Assembly (NCBI GenBank): GCA_000092065.1
Contig: CP000592.1
Direction: 5' to 3' (one strand)
Source of the DNA: Ostreococcus lucimarinus
Lineage: Eukaryota
Length of the DNA: 64,000 bases
This document shows, one piece after another, positions 41,734 through 51,841 of this stretch; position 1 is the first letter of the stretch, and the number at the start of each line of letters is the position of its first letter. The notes under the pieces were generated by a model. The model had not been told where the DNA came from. It was given only the letters and a program-made list of their open reading frames with translations, and made no database searches. Made by a program: the position numbers and the translations under genes.

Positions 41734-43878
41734 CTAAAACGCGCGCGCCCAAGAGACGTTTTCGCACGTGCGATTGCCTCGCAAAAAGCCGACGAGGACG
41801 GTGACGTTGTCGCCCGACAGGCGCGTCAACGCTTCGCATCCGAGTCTCTTGGCACACATGGATGGCTCTTTCACCGTGTCTTTGATCATCGCCAAGGCAT
41901 CGTGATTATCGACGACGTCCCACAAGCCATCACACGCGAGAACGAGGCAGTCGTCGGTGGCGAGATTGACGGACACCGTCGTCATCTCCGGCTCGGCGAC
42001 GACGCCGAAAGCCTTGGCGTCGGCGTCTCCGATGGCTCGCGTCACGGCCACACCAGCGTCTCCGACGCGCCAAACGCCGTTGTGCTGACGCAATGCCCCT
42101 GGAAAGTCGCGCTCGATGCGATGACGCTCACTCGCGTTGCTCTCAGCGTCGTGATCGACGCTCAACGGGAGCGCCACGCCGTCGCGCGAGAGAATCGCGC
42201 GGCAATCGCCCGCGTTGGCGACGCACAATCGATCACCCCACAGCAAACCCACGATGGCGGTGCAGCCTGGATTACGTTTGCTTTGTTGCGCACTTTTTGA
42301 TGCGCTCATCTCTTTCGCCTTGATCGCCTCGAAACGCGCGCAAAACGCGGCGTCTAATTTCGTCACCGCGGCGGAGAGCGCGCTCTCGACGTCGTCGCCG
42401 TGAGCGCCCCACTCGCTTCGAATCGCACGTTCGATGTGCACCATGGCGAACTCCGCGGCTTCGTGCCCTCGATGTCCGTCGAACACAGCGACAAGATGGG
42501 CGTGCGCGCGACCACCGAGGTTGTTGACGACGATGTGACGATCTTCCATCTTGTCTGCGCCGCGCGCGCCGGGCGTGCTAAAGACGCCGGCGGAAAAGTC
42601 GGCGGCGGCGATCGCGTGCTCCGGATTCGGTGCCGCAAACGCTGGCTCTTGCATTTCCCAATCTAAAGGCTCGTTGAGCGCCGTCGCCGCCGCCGTCGCC
42701 GCCTCGGCACGATCGTTCGCTGGGGGCAACCACACCGCGGCGACGTCGTCCAAGCCGTTTTCGGCGCAATACGCCGCGACGACGCCTTCGAGCTCGCGAG
42801 TGATCTCCGGCATTCGCGGTCGCGACGATTCTACGGGTGCCCATGCACGTGTGATGAGGTCGTTCAAACCGTCGGGAACCTTGCCCGCTCCCCCCGCCGC
42901 GGTCTCTCCTGGTAAAATCGGTCTCAAGTGCTCGCTCGCGATGGCGATGGCTAAATCCTGTTCGTTGTAGCTCGCGTCGAGCACGGTGTGCGCGAGCGCG
43001 ACGTTTCTCGCCCGATCGCTGAACGGCACCGTCCCTGTGGCTATCTCACATATCGTCACCGCATACGCGTACACATCCGCGCCGTACCCGCTCACTTGTC
43101 GCATCAACACCTCCGGCGACATGTACAACATCGACCCCACCATGTGCTGCTTCTGAAACCCCCCGCTCGGCGCGCCGTGCTCGCCCGCGATCCATTTCCC
43201 CTCCACCCTCGCCTTACCCTCGGCGTCTTCGGTGGAATAAATCGCCGCCTGCAAAGACGCTCGCAGCTCGCTCTCGCGCTCGGCCAAGCCAAAGTCCCCG
43301 ATCTTCGCCGTCCACGATCCGTCCAACAGCACGTTGCTCGGCTTTACGTCTCGATGCACGACGCCGACGTCGTGTAAATACGTCAACCCCGCGCACACCT
43401 CTCGCGCCAGTTTCAGCACCGCCTGCCACGTCGGCGTCCATCCTTGCTCATACACCACCTCATCCACCGCGCCGTTCTCCATGAACGGAAAGAACAACTC
43501 ATAATTCGGCGGCGCCGCGCGCGCGCCGACCACGCCCAGCACGTTTTCGTGTCGCGCCTCGAGCATGAGTCCCAACTCCGCGTGGTACCGATCGATCTCG
43601 CGCGTCGTCCGCAGCTTTGGCCTTTTTATCGCGATCGCCTCGTCGCGATAGCGCCCGTAGAACACCACGCTCAGCGGTCCCGCGTACAGGACGTCGCCGC
43701 GCGCGACGCTGTCGTCGCCGTCGTCGTCGCTTCCGCGTCGTCCCTCGCGCGCGCCGACGTCGCAGTCCAATCGCACGCGCGCGGTGCCGACGCAACACCC
43801 TCGAAAGCATCGATTCGCGCGCGCGCCGTCGCGCGTCGCCATCGCGTCGCGTCGTGACGACGCGAAGCGCGTCGTCAA
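41734..43878 (-). CDS. Fusion protein: N-terminal Ser/Thr protein kinase domain plus C-terminal PP2C phosphatase domain.
   Basis: Kinase motifs HRDVKPSNVLL, KIGDFGLAE and APE-like SPEV. PP2C motifs FDGHRGHEAAEF, ANAGDCRA, the metal-binding GDAD... pattern and LACDGLWDVV. 714 aa. Confidence 0.8.
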   Translation of the reverse strand: MTTRFASSRRDAMATRDGARANRCFRGCCVGTARVRLDCDVGAREGRRGSDDDGDDSVARGDVLYAGPLSVVFYGRYRDEAIAIKRPKLRTTREIDRYHAELGLMLEARHENVLGVVGARAAPPNYELFFPFMENGAVDEVVYEQGWTPTWQAVLKLAREVCAGLTYLHDVGVVHRDVKPSNVLLDGSWTAKIGDFGLAERESELRASLQAAIYSTEDAEGKARVEGKWIAGEHGAPSGGFQKQHMVGSMLYMSPEVLMRQVSGYGADVYAYAVTICEIATGTVPFSDRARNVALAHTVLDASYNEQDLAIAIASEHLRPILPGETAAGGAGKVPDGLNDLITRAWAPVESSRPRMPEITRELEGVVAAYCAENGLDDVAAVWLPPANDRAEAATAAATALNEPLDWEMQEPAFAAPNPEHAIAAADFSAGVFSTPGARGADKMEDRHIVVNNLGGRAHAHLVAVFDGHRGHEAAEFAMVHIERAIRSEWGAHGDDVESALSAAVTKLDAAFCARFEAIKAKEMSASKSAQQSKRNPGCTAIVGLLWGDRLCVANAGDCRAILSRDGVALPLSVDHDAESNASERHRIERDFPGALRQHNGVWRVGDAGVAVTRAIGDADAKAFGVVAEPEMTTVSVNLATDDCLVLACDGLWDVVDNHDALAMIKDTVKEPSMCAKRLGCEALTRLSGDNVTVLVGFLRGNRTCENVSWARAF

Positions 43879-43898
43879 AAAGCGACGCGCCGGGACGC

Positions 43899-45126
43899 AT
43901 GAATCGCGGACGCGGCAAGGACTTCTACGCCGCCCTCGGGCTGCAGCGCGGCGCGGACGAGAACGACGTGCGCAAGGCGTACAGGAAACTCGCGATGAAG
44001 TGGCACCCGGTGCGTGGACGCGCGCGACGCGCGAAGCGATCGAGCGGCGATGATGGACATCTGATGAAGACGAATGAAACGCGACGCGCGACGCGCGCGA
44101 CGCGCGAACGACGCGCGCGAGACGGCGAAACGACGCTCGATGATGGTGATGTTCGCGCGGGACGCTGACCGAACGACGCGCGCGCGACGCCGAACGCGAG
44201 CGCAGGATAAAAACCCCGACGACAAGGATGGACGCGCGGAGAAGAAGTTTAAAGAAGTCTCCGAGGCGTACGAAGTGCTGTCGGATCCGAAGAAGAAGGA
44301 GCTGTACGACACGTACGGCGAGGATGGATTAAAAGATGGGGGCGGGATGCCGGGAGGAGGGTTCTCGGCGCAGCACGCGGAGGATATATTCGCGAATTTT
44401 TTCGGCGGCGGCGGCGGCGGGTTTCCGGGGGGCGGCGGCTTCGGCGGCGGATTTCCGGGAGGCGGCGGATTTCCGGGAGGCGGGGGATTCGGCGGACATC
44501 CTGGGTTCGGTGGAATGCCGGGTGGTGGTGGGTTCGGGGGACAGGATTTTCGCGAGCCGCCGCAGAAACAGCGTAAGAAGGCGCCGAAGATTGAGCAGAC
44601 GCTCAGGCTGTCGCTCGAGGAGCTGTTTTACGGAACGCAAAAGAATTTCAGCGTCACGCGAAAGGTGATTCGAAACGGTCGGCAGGAGAGCGTGCAAGAG
44701 ACGCTTCCGATCGATGTTAAGCCCGGGTGGAAGAGCGGGACGAAGATTACGTTTCAGGAGAAAGGGGACGAAACCCCGACGACGATCGCCGCCGACATCG
44801 TCTTCACGTTGGAGCAAAAACCGCACCCGCAGTTTGAGCGCGAGGGCAACGATCTCGTGAAGACGGTCAAGGTTGATTTGAACGAAGCCTTACTCGGAAC
44901 GTCGTTCAGCGTGTACACCTTGGACGGGAAGGCGATGGACGTCAAGGTCGACGACATCATCTCCCCGACCTTCGTCAAGGTGTTGCCGGGCGAAGGCATG
45001 CCGCTGAGCAAGTCCCCCGGCGAGCGCGGCGACTTGAAGATCAAGTTTCACATTCGTTTCCCGAAATCGCTCGGCGACGACCAAAGGAACGCTTTGCGCG
45101 ACGCGCTCGCGGGCGCGACGTATTGA
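43899..45126 (+). CDS. DNAJ: DnaJ/Hsp40 (type II/B, G/F-rich), two exons.
   Basis: Exon 1 is 43899..44009 (J-domain helices I-II ...[10 protein letters not shown]). Intron 44010..44205 runs GTGCGT...gCTGAC...CAG. Exon 2 is 44206..45126 and starts DKNPDDKD, completing the HPD motif, then the G/F region and the C-terminal substrate-binding domain. The frames check against the ORF track. Confidence 0.85.
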
Positions 45127-45377
45127 AAATGTAGCTCGTGTAAGTAACGCTTTAGGACGGACAAACCGCGCGTCGCGTCGCGTCGACTAAAAAGATGCGC
45201 TTCTCGTTGATTAAAAATTCTCGGCGTACGTCCTCTTAAAAACATCCACCTCCTCCGATCTAGATCGTTCATTCTCAAGTCAAACGAAGCACGCGCGCTA
45301 TTTTCCGCGACCTAACAGGAGTGCGTCTTCGTGCTGACGAACGCGACTCGTAAACGCGCTTCGTCTCGACCGAGCGT

Positions 45378-45683
45378 TTACTTCTCCGGGCGCATGCCCA
45401 AGCCCTTGCCCTTGAGCACGGCGGCTTCGTTCGTCTTCTTGTCGCCTCGCTTCTTCGACTTATCGTAGTACTCTTGCGAGAAACCACCCGAGACGTTACC
45501 CTCGGACGACGACTTGACGTACAAGACGATCAAAAACGCCGTCGGAATGATGATGAAGAGCGCCGTCGCGATGACGCCCAAAATGTTCACGTCCGCGAGC
45601 GCGACTTGCTCGAGCGCTTCGCTCGCCGCGAACGCCGGCGCGGCGATCGCCGCCGGCGTCGCCGCGACCGCGGTCGTTCGCAC
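45378..45683 (-). CDS. psbM: Nuclear-encoded photosystem II PsbM-like protein with an N-terminal targeting presequence and a Lys-rich C-terminal extension.
   Basis: Mature core [32 protein letters not shown] closely matches plastid PsbM ([29 protein letters not shown]...). It is preceded by [30 protein letters not shown], which is transit- and AxA-like. Confidence 0.6.
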   Translation of the reverse strand: MRTTAVAATPAAIAAPAFAASEALEQVALADVNILGVIATALFIIIPTAFLIVLYVKSSSEGNVSGGFSQEYYDKSKKRGDKKTNEAAVLKGKGLGMRPEK

Positions 45684-46210
45684 TTTTTGCTGCGCCTTCG
45701 TCGTCGTCGCCGCCTGTCGTTCGCGCGCGTGCTTCGTCGTCAGTCACCCCTCACTGTTTCCCCATACGATTATCCACGATCGATCGCGAATCCCGCGCGC
45801 AAAGATACGCCCCGTCCGCGTCCCCGATCGATCGATCGATCGTGCCTCGACGCGCGCGTTCGCCCGCACGCGCGTCGACGTCGCTACCGACGCGCGACGG
45901 TCCGCGCGTCGTCGCGCGCGCGCGATCGATCGTCGTCGTCGCGCGTCGTCGCCGTCGTTCGTTCGTTCGTCGCGCGTCGTCGCGGTCGATCGTCGTCATC
46001 GCGTCGTTCGTCGCGATCGCGCGCGGTCGTCGCGTCGGTCGCGTCGCGGTCGCACCTTGGGCGCGACGACGCGCTTGGTCGCGGTTCGCCGCGTCGCGGC
46101 GCGCGCCGCGAGCGGGATCAATCCGGTGTTCAACGCGAGGACGGCCATGGCGCGCGCGAGTGTGCCGATCGCGCGATCGCGCGTCGATCGCGCGGGGGCG
46201 CGGGGCGTAC

Positions 46211-46475
46211 TTTGATCGTCTTCAAAGCACGCCGTGTATGTGTTTGCATGGACGTTTGGGGTATTTATGTTTGATGGGTCGTGACTCTTACGAGCGGGGG
46301 TCGAGCGCGCGAGGTGGTGTTAGGGTTTAGACGCCGGCTCGGGGTGGGTTTGATAATCTTCAAAGCACGCTGTGTACGTGTTTGCATGGACGTTTGGGGT
46401 ATTTATGTGTGATGGGTCGTGACTCGTACGAGAGGGGGTCGAGCGCGGATCGGTCGGTGTTAGGGTTTAGACGCC
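46211..46475. repeat. Tandem duplication of a ~125-bp AT-richer element, two copies at ~46211-46335 and ~46350-46475 with ~90% identity, in the 5' flank of the LysM-protein gene.
   Basis: Copy 1 reads tgatcgtcttcaaagcacgccgtgtatgtgtttgcatggacgtttggggtatttatgtttgatgggtcgtgactcttacgagcgggggtcgagcgcg...tagggtttagacgcc. Copy 2 repeats it with a few substitutions. Confidence 0.8.
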
Positions 46476-46528
46476 ACAGCGCGACCGTTTCATCTGAGAT
46501 CGCCATTGCGCGCCGCGACGCGCTCTTC

Positions 46529-48163
46529 ATGCGCGCGCTCGACGTCGCCGTCGTCGAGGGACGCGGCGAGGTGTTCGCCGATCCCGGCGCGACGGTTCGA
46601 ATCGTCCCGATCGTGCGCGCGACGTCCGAAAACGACGACGACGGCGATCGCGATGACGATGCAATCGCGACGCGAATCTGCGCGACGGCGACGGCTCAAA
46701 CGGCGCGCGACGATCGCGACGAGCCGCGAACTATGTTTCGCGAGGAATTCTCGGGCGCGGTGACGACGGAAAACGCGAGAGCGCTCGCGCGGGTGACGGG
46801 GATCGAGATTTTCGTGACGAGCGCGTCGGGACGCGACGCGGCGCGCGGCGCGGCGACGCTGGACGCGGACGCGCTCGCGAGGCTCGACGACGACGACGGC
46901 GAGGCGCGGGCGGTGGTGCGAGGGACGTGGTGCGAGGTGCGGGAGATCGTGGGCGAGGACGATGGGGTCGGGGCGACGGTCGGGCGGGTGTGCGCGCGGG
47001 TGACGGCGCGAGGCGACGGCGCGAGGACGCGAGGCGCGAGCGAGGGGGGGGGTCGCGAACGGCGAACGGCGAGGGAGGGCGCGACGACGACGACGACGAC
47101 GGCGGCGGTGCGCGCGGAGATCGAGGGGGGGGGGGGCGAGCGCGCGGTGGTGGAGGCGGGCGAGGGGGGGGCGGCGGCGACGGCGACGGCGACGCCGGCG
47201 CCGAGGCGGGAAAACGTCGCCGCCGTCGCCGCGGGGTGGCTTCGGGGAGTCGTCGCGCGCGGACGACGCGACGACGGGGCGCGAGAGAGAGAACGCGAGA
47301 GAAAACGACGGGAGCGCGAGGCGGAGATCGAGGAGAAGCGCGCGCGCAAGGAACGAGATAGGATTGAACGCGAGCGAGTCGAGGCGGCGAAACTGGAACG
47401 CGAGGCGCAACTCGAGGCGTTTCGCGCCGCGGAGCGGGATCGACGCGCGAACGACGAGACGGCGTCGGGGGGAGGCGCGCGTGATGTCGATCGGGGCGAT
47501 GCGTCGCAGCCTGGCTCGCCGCGTCGCAGCTTTCACATCCCCAACGTCGAGGAGATTAAGCAACGCGTCAGCGAAGGCGCGCATCAACTCGGCGAAGTCG
47601 CGCATCAACTCGGCGATCGGCTTCGCGATACCGGCGATAAAATCGCGCACAACGTGAACGAACAAGCGCATCACGTCAAGGACGCGCTTCGCGATACGAA
47701 CAATCGCGTCGGCAAAGCGCTCGCGAAGAAGCGCTGGGTGCGCGACATCGCGGCGCGGCTGTCGCCCAATTCCATTCTCGTCGTCGCCATCGCCATCGCG
47801 CTGGCGGGTCTTCCCGAAAACCGCGACAAGGCGAGACGCAAGGCGCAATCGGTGAAGAAGCGCATAAAAGAAACGCGACGCGAATCATCGGAGACGGCAA
47901 AGGCGAAGAAGAAGACGGCGAGCGAAGAAGAAGAAGACTTACCCGAAGTCATTTACAACGAACTCGCCGATCCGGACGAAGATACGCCTTTCATCGGTCG
48001 CGGGCCGACACCGCGCGGCGTGTACGAGGTCGTCGAAGGCGACACGTTGTGTTCCATCGCGGGTTGCTTCAACCTCGATTTGATGGAGATCATCGATAAG
48101 AACGGCGACGTGATTAGAAACCCAGACGCTTTAGCGCCGGGAGATCGCATTCGCATCTACTAA
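46529..48163 (+). CDS. LysM-domain protein with a charged coiled-coil (ER/K-rich) region, one TM segment and a C-terminal LysM.
   Basis: C-terminal YEVVEGDTLCSIAGCFNLDLMEIIDKNGDVIRNPDALAPGDRIRIY is a LysM fold motif. TM segment ILVVAIAIALAGL. I chose the ATG at 46529, downstream of the tandem repeat. G8-G9 homopolymers inside the ORF make the frame fragile. Confidence 0.5.
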   Translation: MRALDVAVVEGRGEVFADPGATVRIVPIVRATSENDDDGDRDDDAIATRICATATAQTARDDRDEPRTMFREEFSGAVTTENARALARVTGIEIFVTSASGRDAARGAATLDADALARLDDDDGEARAVVRGTWCEVREIVGEDDGVGATVGRVCARVTARGDGARTRGASEGGGRERRTAREGATTTTTTAAVRAEIEGGGGERAVVEAGEGGAAATATATPAPRRENVAAVAAGWLRGVVARGRRDDGARERERERKRREREAEIEEKRARKERDRIERERVEAAKLEREAQLEAFRAAERDRRANDETASGGGARDVDRGDASQPGSPRRSFHIPNVEEIKQRVSEGAHQLGEVAHQLGDRLRDTGDKIAHNVNEQAHHVKDALRDTNNRVGKALAKKRWVRDIAARLSPNSILVVAIAIALAGLPENRDKARRKAQSVKKRIKETRRESSETAKAKKKTASEEEEDLPEVIYNELADPDEDTPFIGRGPTPRGVYEVVEGDTLCSIAGCFNLDLMEIIDKNGDVIRNPDALAPGDRIRIY

Positions 48164-48254
48164 AGCGCGTAATGTTGCAATATGTTGACGTGATCTTTCT
48201 TTCTCGTAAAAGAGTATATCGTTACAATCGACTGCTACACGTGTTAAGCACGAA

Positions 48255-50321
48255 TTATACCGCGCCGGATTCTCGGGCTTCGGTGCACTTCGCCATGGTG
48301 GCGGAAGTGCGCGAAATGATATCCGTCATGAAAAAGTTCTCCACCGAGCTCTTGAGCGGAATCGACGCCTCCAACTTTTTGCCTTTTGCGTTCGCGTACG
48401 TCGCGCCGTTCATCCATAAAGTCGCCTCAACTTCATCCACCTTGGCGAAGTGCGGGGCGACTTGAGCCAAACGCTCGTGCACGGCTTGGTGGGTGTTGTA
48501 CGGTAACGGCACACCCGCGAATTCGCTCAACGCTCGCAAGATTCGCCAATCCTCCTTCGCCTTGCCGACGGGCCCCATGGATGCGATGGCCACTTGAGCG
48601 CGACCTTCGGTGTTGACGTAGGTGCCAGTCTTTTCTGTGTACGCCGCGCCGGGCAAAATGACGTCGGCGCGCGCCGCGCCCTTGTCGCCGTGGTGGCCTT
48701 GGTACACGACGAAAGCGTCCTCCGGGGCGTCGAACTCCTCGGCGCCCAACGAGTAGACGAGCTGCGCCGGGACGGCATCCGAGGCGGACGTTCCCGGAAC
48801 GAAGCCGATATCGAGCGCGCCGACGGTGCCACCGGCATCGTGAAGGACGTTGAAACCGTTCCAGTCACCGTTGACGACGCCGAGCTCATCGCACATGGCG
48901 TGAATCTTCTTCAGCATCACCTTGGCATCCGGACGTCTCAAAAGTTCGCTACCGACGATGACCATCGGATTCTGCGCCGCCTTGATCGCTTCGCACGCCG
49001 CGTGCTTACCCGAGGTGACTTCCTCGAGCGTCGCTGTCGTGTCACCCAAGTGTTGGCTCGGGTAGGAAAGGTCGGCTTTCGGTCCGACGCTCGCGACGGT
49101 GGCGCCGCCGGCGATCACCGCGCGACGTAAACGCACGTTGAGCACTGGAGCCTCCGTTCGCGGGTTGGTTCCGATCAACAACACGTAATCCGCGTCTTCG
49201 ACGCCGACTAGGTTGGAATTGAAGAGGTACGACGAGCGCACATCCGCAGAGGCGCCGGGCAAACCTTCGGGGGTGAGATGAGAAGCGCCCAGCTTGTTCA
49301 TCATGTCCTTCAAAGAGATCATGGACTCGGCGTCGCAAAGCTTACCCGCCACCGCGCGCATGGCGTTCGGTTCGGCAGCCTTCAACTTTTCCGCGACGTA
49401 CTCGAGCGCGAATTCCCAAGACGTTTCTTGGAGTTTTCCATCACCACCTCGCACCATCGGCCTGTCCAATCTCTGACGCTTCAGCGCGTCATACGAGAAC
49501 CTCGCCTTGTCACTAATCCACTCCTCGTTGACCTCTTCGTTTGCGCGTGGGACGATGCGCATCACCTCGTTCCCGCGCGTGTCGACGCGAATGTTACTTC
49601 CTAATCCATCCGTCACGTCGATGCTATTGGTAGATTCGAGCTCCCAAGAACGCGCCGAAAACGCGAACGGCTTCGACGTCAGCGCTCCGACTGGGCAAAG
49701 ATCGATGACGTTGCCGCTCAGCTCGCTCGCCAAGAGCTTGGAAATGTACGTCCCGACCTCGGCTTGGTTGCCGCGACCGGTGATGCCCATGTCTTGAACG
49801 CCCGCGATCTCGGTAGAGAACCGAACGCAGCGCGTGCAGTGAATGCAACGCGTCATCACCGTCTTCACCAACGGCCCGAGTTCCTTGTCCTCCACCGCGC
49901 GCTTGTACTCGGTGAATCTCGAGCGGTCGCTCCCAAAGATGTAACTCTGGTCTTGCAACTCGCACTCCCCACCTTGATCGCAAATCGGACAATCAAGCGG
50001 GTGATTGATCAGCAAGAACTCCATCACGCCTTCGCGCGCCTTCTTCACCAGATCCGTCGTCGTCTTGATGTTCATCCCCGGCATCACCGGCATCGCGCAC
50101 GACGCCACCGGTTTCGGGCTCTTCTCCACCTCGACCAAGCACATCCGGCAATTCCCGGCGATCGACAGCTTGTGATGATAACAAAATCTCGGCACGTCCA
50201 CCCCAGCTTGCTCACACGCGTACAGCACGGTCACGCCCTTGGGCACGTGCACCTCTTGTCCGTTCACCGTCACCGGCACCGTCTCCGGCGCCGGCGCCGC
50301 CTCCGCGCTCATCATTCGCAT
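48255..50321 (-). CDS. NDUFS1: NADH dehydrogenase (ubiquinone) 75 kDa subunit (complex I NDUFS1 / NuoG homolog), mitochondrial.
   Basis: N-terminal 2Fe-2S and 4Fe-4S Cys motifs (CYHHKLSIAGNCRMCLVE, HPLDCPICDQGGECELQD, CIHCTRCVRF...), then the molybdopterin-like domain. 688 aa. Confidence 0.9.
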   Translation of the reverse strand: MRMMSAEAAPAPETVPVTVNGQEVHVPKGVTVLYACEQAGVDVPRFCYHHKLSIAGNCRMCLVEVEKSPKPVASCAMPVMPGMNIKTTTDLVKKAREGVMEFLLINHPLDCPICDQGGECELQDQSYIFGSDRSRFTEYKRAVEDKELGPLVKTVMTRCIHCTRCVRFSTEIAGVQDMGITGRGNQAEVGTYISKLLASELSGNVIDLCPVGALTSKPFAFSARSWELESTNSIDVTDGLGSNIRVDTRGNEVMRIVPRANEEVNEEWISDKARFSYDALKRQRLDRPMVRGGDGKLQETSWEFALEYVAEKLKAAEPNAMRAVAGKLCDAESMISLKDMMNKLGASHLTPEGLPGASADVRSSYLFNSNLVGVEDADYVLLIGTNPRTEAPVLNVRLRRAVIAGGATVASVGPKADLSYPSQHLGDTTATLEEVTSGKHAACEAIKAAQNPMVIVGSELLRRPDAKVMLKKIHAMCDELGVVNGDWNGFNVLHDAGGTVGALDIGFVPGTSASDAVPAQLVYSLGAEEFDAPEDAFVVYQGHHGDKGAARADVILPGAAYTEKTGTYVNTEGRAQVAIASMGPVGKAKEDWRILRALSEFAGVPLPYNTHQAVHERLAQVAPHFAKVDEVEATLWMNGATYANAKGKKLEASIPLKSSVENFFMTDIISRTSATMAKCTEARESGAV

Positions 50322-51001
50322 CGCGCCCTGCGTCGTCGACGAAAACCCAATCCCCGCGCGCGTTCGTCAGTCCTCATTCGCTCCCGTCTCATCCGTCCGA
50401 TCGTCTTTTCGCCGCCCGCGCGACTTCCGACGTCCTCGGCGTCGCCGCGTCGCAAACCCCACACCCGATCCCCACGCGCGATCGATCGCCGTCGCCGCTC
50501 GCCCTCGTCGCGCCTCGCGCGCGTCCCCCCGTCCCGTCGTTCGATCGCGCGATATCTTTCGCGCGTCGCGCGCGATCGCGAACCGCCGTCGCGCGTTCGC
50601 GCGCGTCGCGCGCGCGGTTTTTCGCGTCGCCCCCGCGACCGGTCGCGCGTCGCGCGATCGCATCCCTCTCGCACCTTTCGCGCGCCGAGCGTCGCGCGCG
50701 CGGCGCGGCGCAGCGCCGTGGACATCGCGAACGTTTTCGCGCGTCCGCGGAAGCGCGCTTCCGGCGACGCGAGACGTCGCGTCGCGGTCTGGCGACGTCA
50801 GACGCGACGACGTCAAGACGCGCGACGGAATCGACACTCGACGACGCGCGCGCGCGCGCGCGCGCCGGAGCGCGCGCGCCGTCTCGCGCGGGTCGCCGAC
50901 GCGCGCCGGCGCGCGCGACGGCGGACCGCGCGACGGCGCGGACGCGATCGAGAAACGCATCGCGCGTCGAAAAACGCATCTCTGTCGTGGGCTAAAAATA
51001 C

Positions 51002-51841
51002 ATGTCGGCGCCGCGCGCCGCGCCGCTGGCGGCGTTCGCGCGACGACGGGCGACGCGCGGGCGAGGAAAAATCGACCGCGTCGACGACGCGGGCGCGAAC
51101 GAGAAACGCGCGCGCGAGGACGACGTCGAGGAGACGCGAGAGGACGACGGGTGGACGCGGTTGACGACGACGCGCGACGGCATCGAGCTGTGGACGCGAC
51201 CGGCGCCGGCGTGGGCGAACGCGCGAGGGAAGGTTCGGGAGATATTGGCGACGTGTACGTTCGAGAACGTCGAGCGAAGCGCGCTCTGGGCGGCGATCTG
51301 TGACATCGAGCGGTACGACGAATTCGTGCCGTACGTGCGGCGGTCGACGGTTTTGGCCAAGCGCGGAACGCGGACGTGGAATCACGCCGAGATTCGCGCG
51401 CCCGTGGCGGGCGATCGCGCGTACACAATCGTGATAGACGATCACTCCCGCGCGAACGTCAACGCGGGCGCGTGGAGAACGACGAAGGAGATGGAGCCGC
51501 GTCGGTTAAGTCCCGGCGCGAGACCCATGCGCGCCAACTGCGGTAGCTGGCACCTTCGCGACGCCGCGTCCGGCGCGGGCGTGCGCGTGCGATACACCCT
51601 CATCACCGATCCCGGTCGCGGCGTCCCGCAGTGGTTGCTGTCGCAGACGCCCAAAACGGTGCCCGACACGCTTCGCGCGTTTCGCGACCGCGCGCTCTCC
51701 GGCGCCGGCCGAGCGTCGCCTTCGACCCGTCGCCCTTACGCCGTCGCGCGCGATCTCGCGCGACGGTGCGTCCGCGAGTCTGAAATCATCGTCGCTCGCC
51801 TTCGCGCCGCCCTCGACGTCGTCGCGCCGTCGCTTAAGTAA
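51002..51841 (+). CDS. START / Bet v1-like lipid-transfer domain protein (PCTP-like).
   Basis: Central domain of about 200 aa with the START pattern (WTR..., ...RAYTIVIDDHS..., CGSWHLRD..., VRYTLITDPGRGVPQWLLSQTPKTVPDTL). Confidence 0.5.
   Translation: MSAPRAAPLAAFARRRATRGRGKIDRVDDAGANEKRAREDDVEETREDDGWTRLTTTRDGIELWTRPAPAWANARGKVREILATCTFENVERSALWAAICDIERYDEFVPYVRRSTVLAKRGTRTWNHAEIRAPVAGDRAYTIVIDDHSRANVNAGAWRTTKEMEPRRLSPGARPMRANCGSWHLRDAASGAGVRVRYTLITDPGRGVPQWLLSQTPKTVPDTLRAFRDRALSGAGRASPSTRRPYAVARDLARRCVRESEIIVARLRAALDVVAPSLK

Noticed and set aside
49764-51428. Long Arg-rich ORFs (49764..51164, 50239..51303, 50367..51428 and 50813..51445) between NDUFS1 and the START-domain gene.
   Set aside because: Up to four overlapping frames are open simultaneously in a (CG)n-rich divergent promoter region. 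No domain is present. They overlap the antisense of the NDUFS1 N-terminus.
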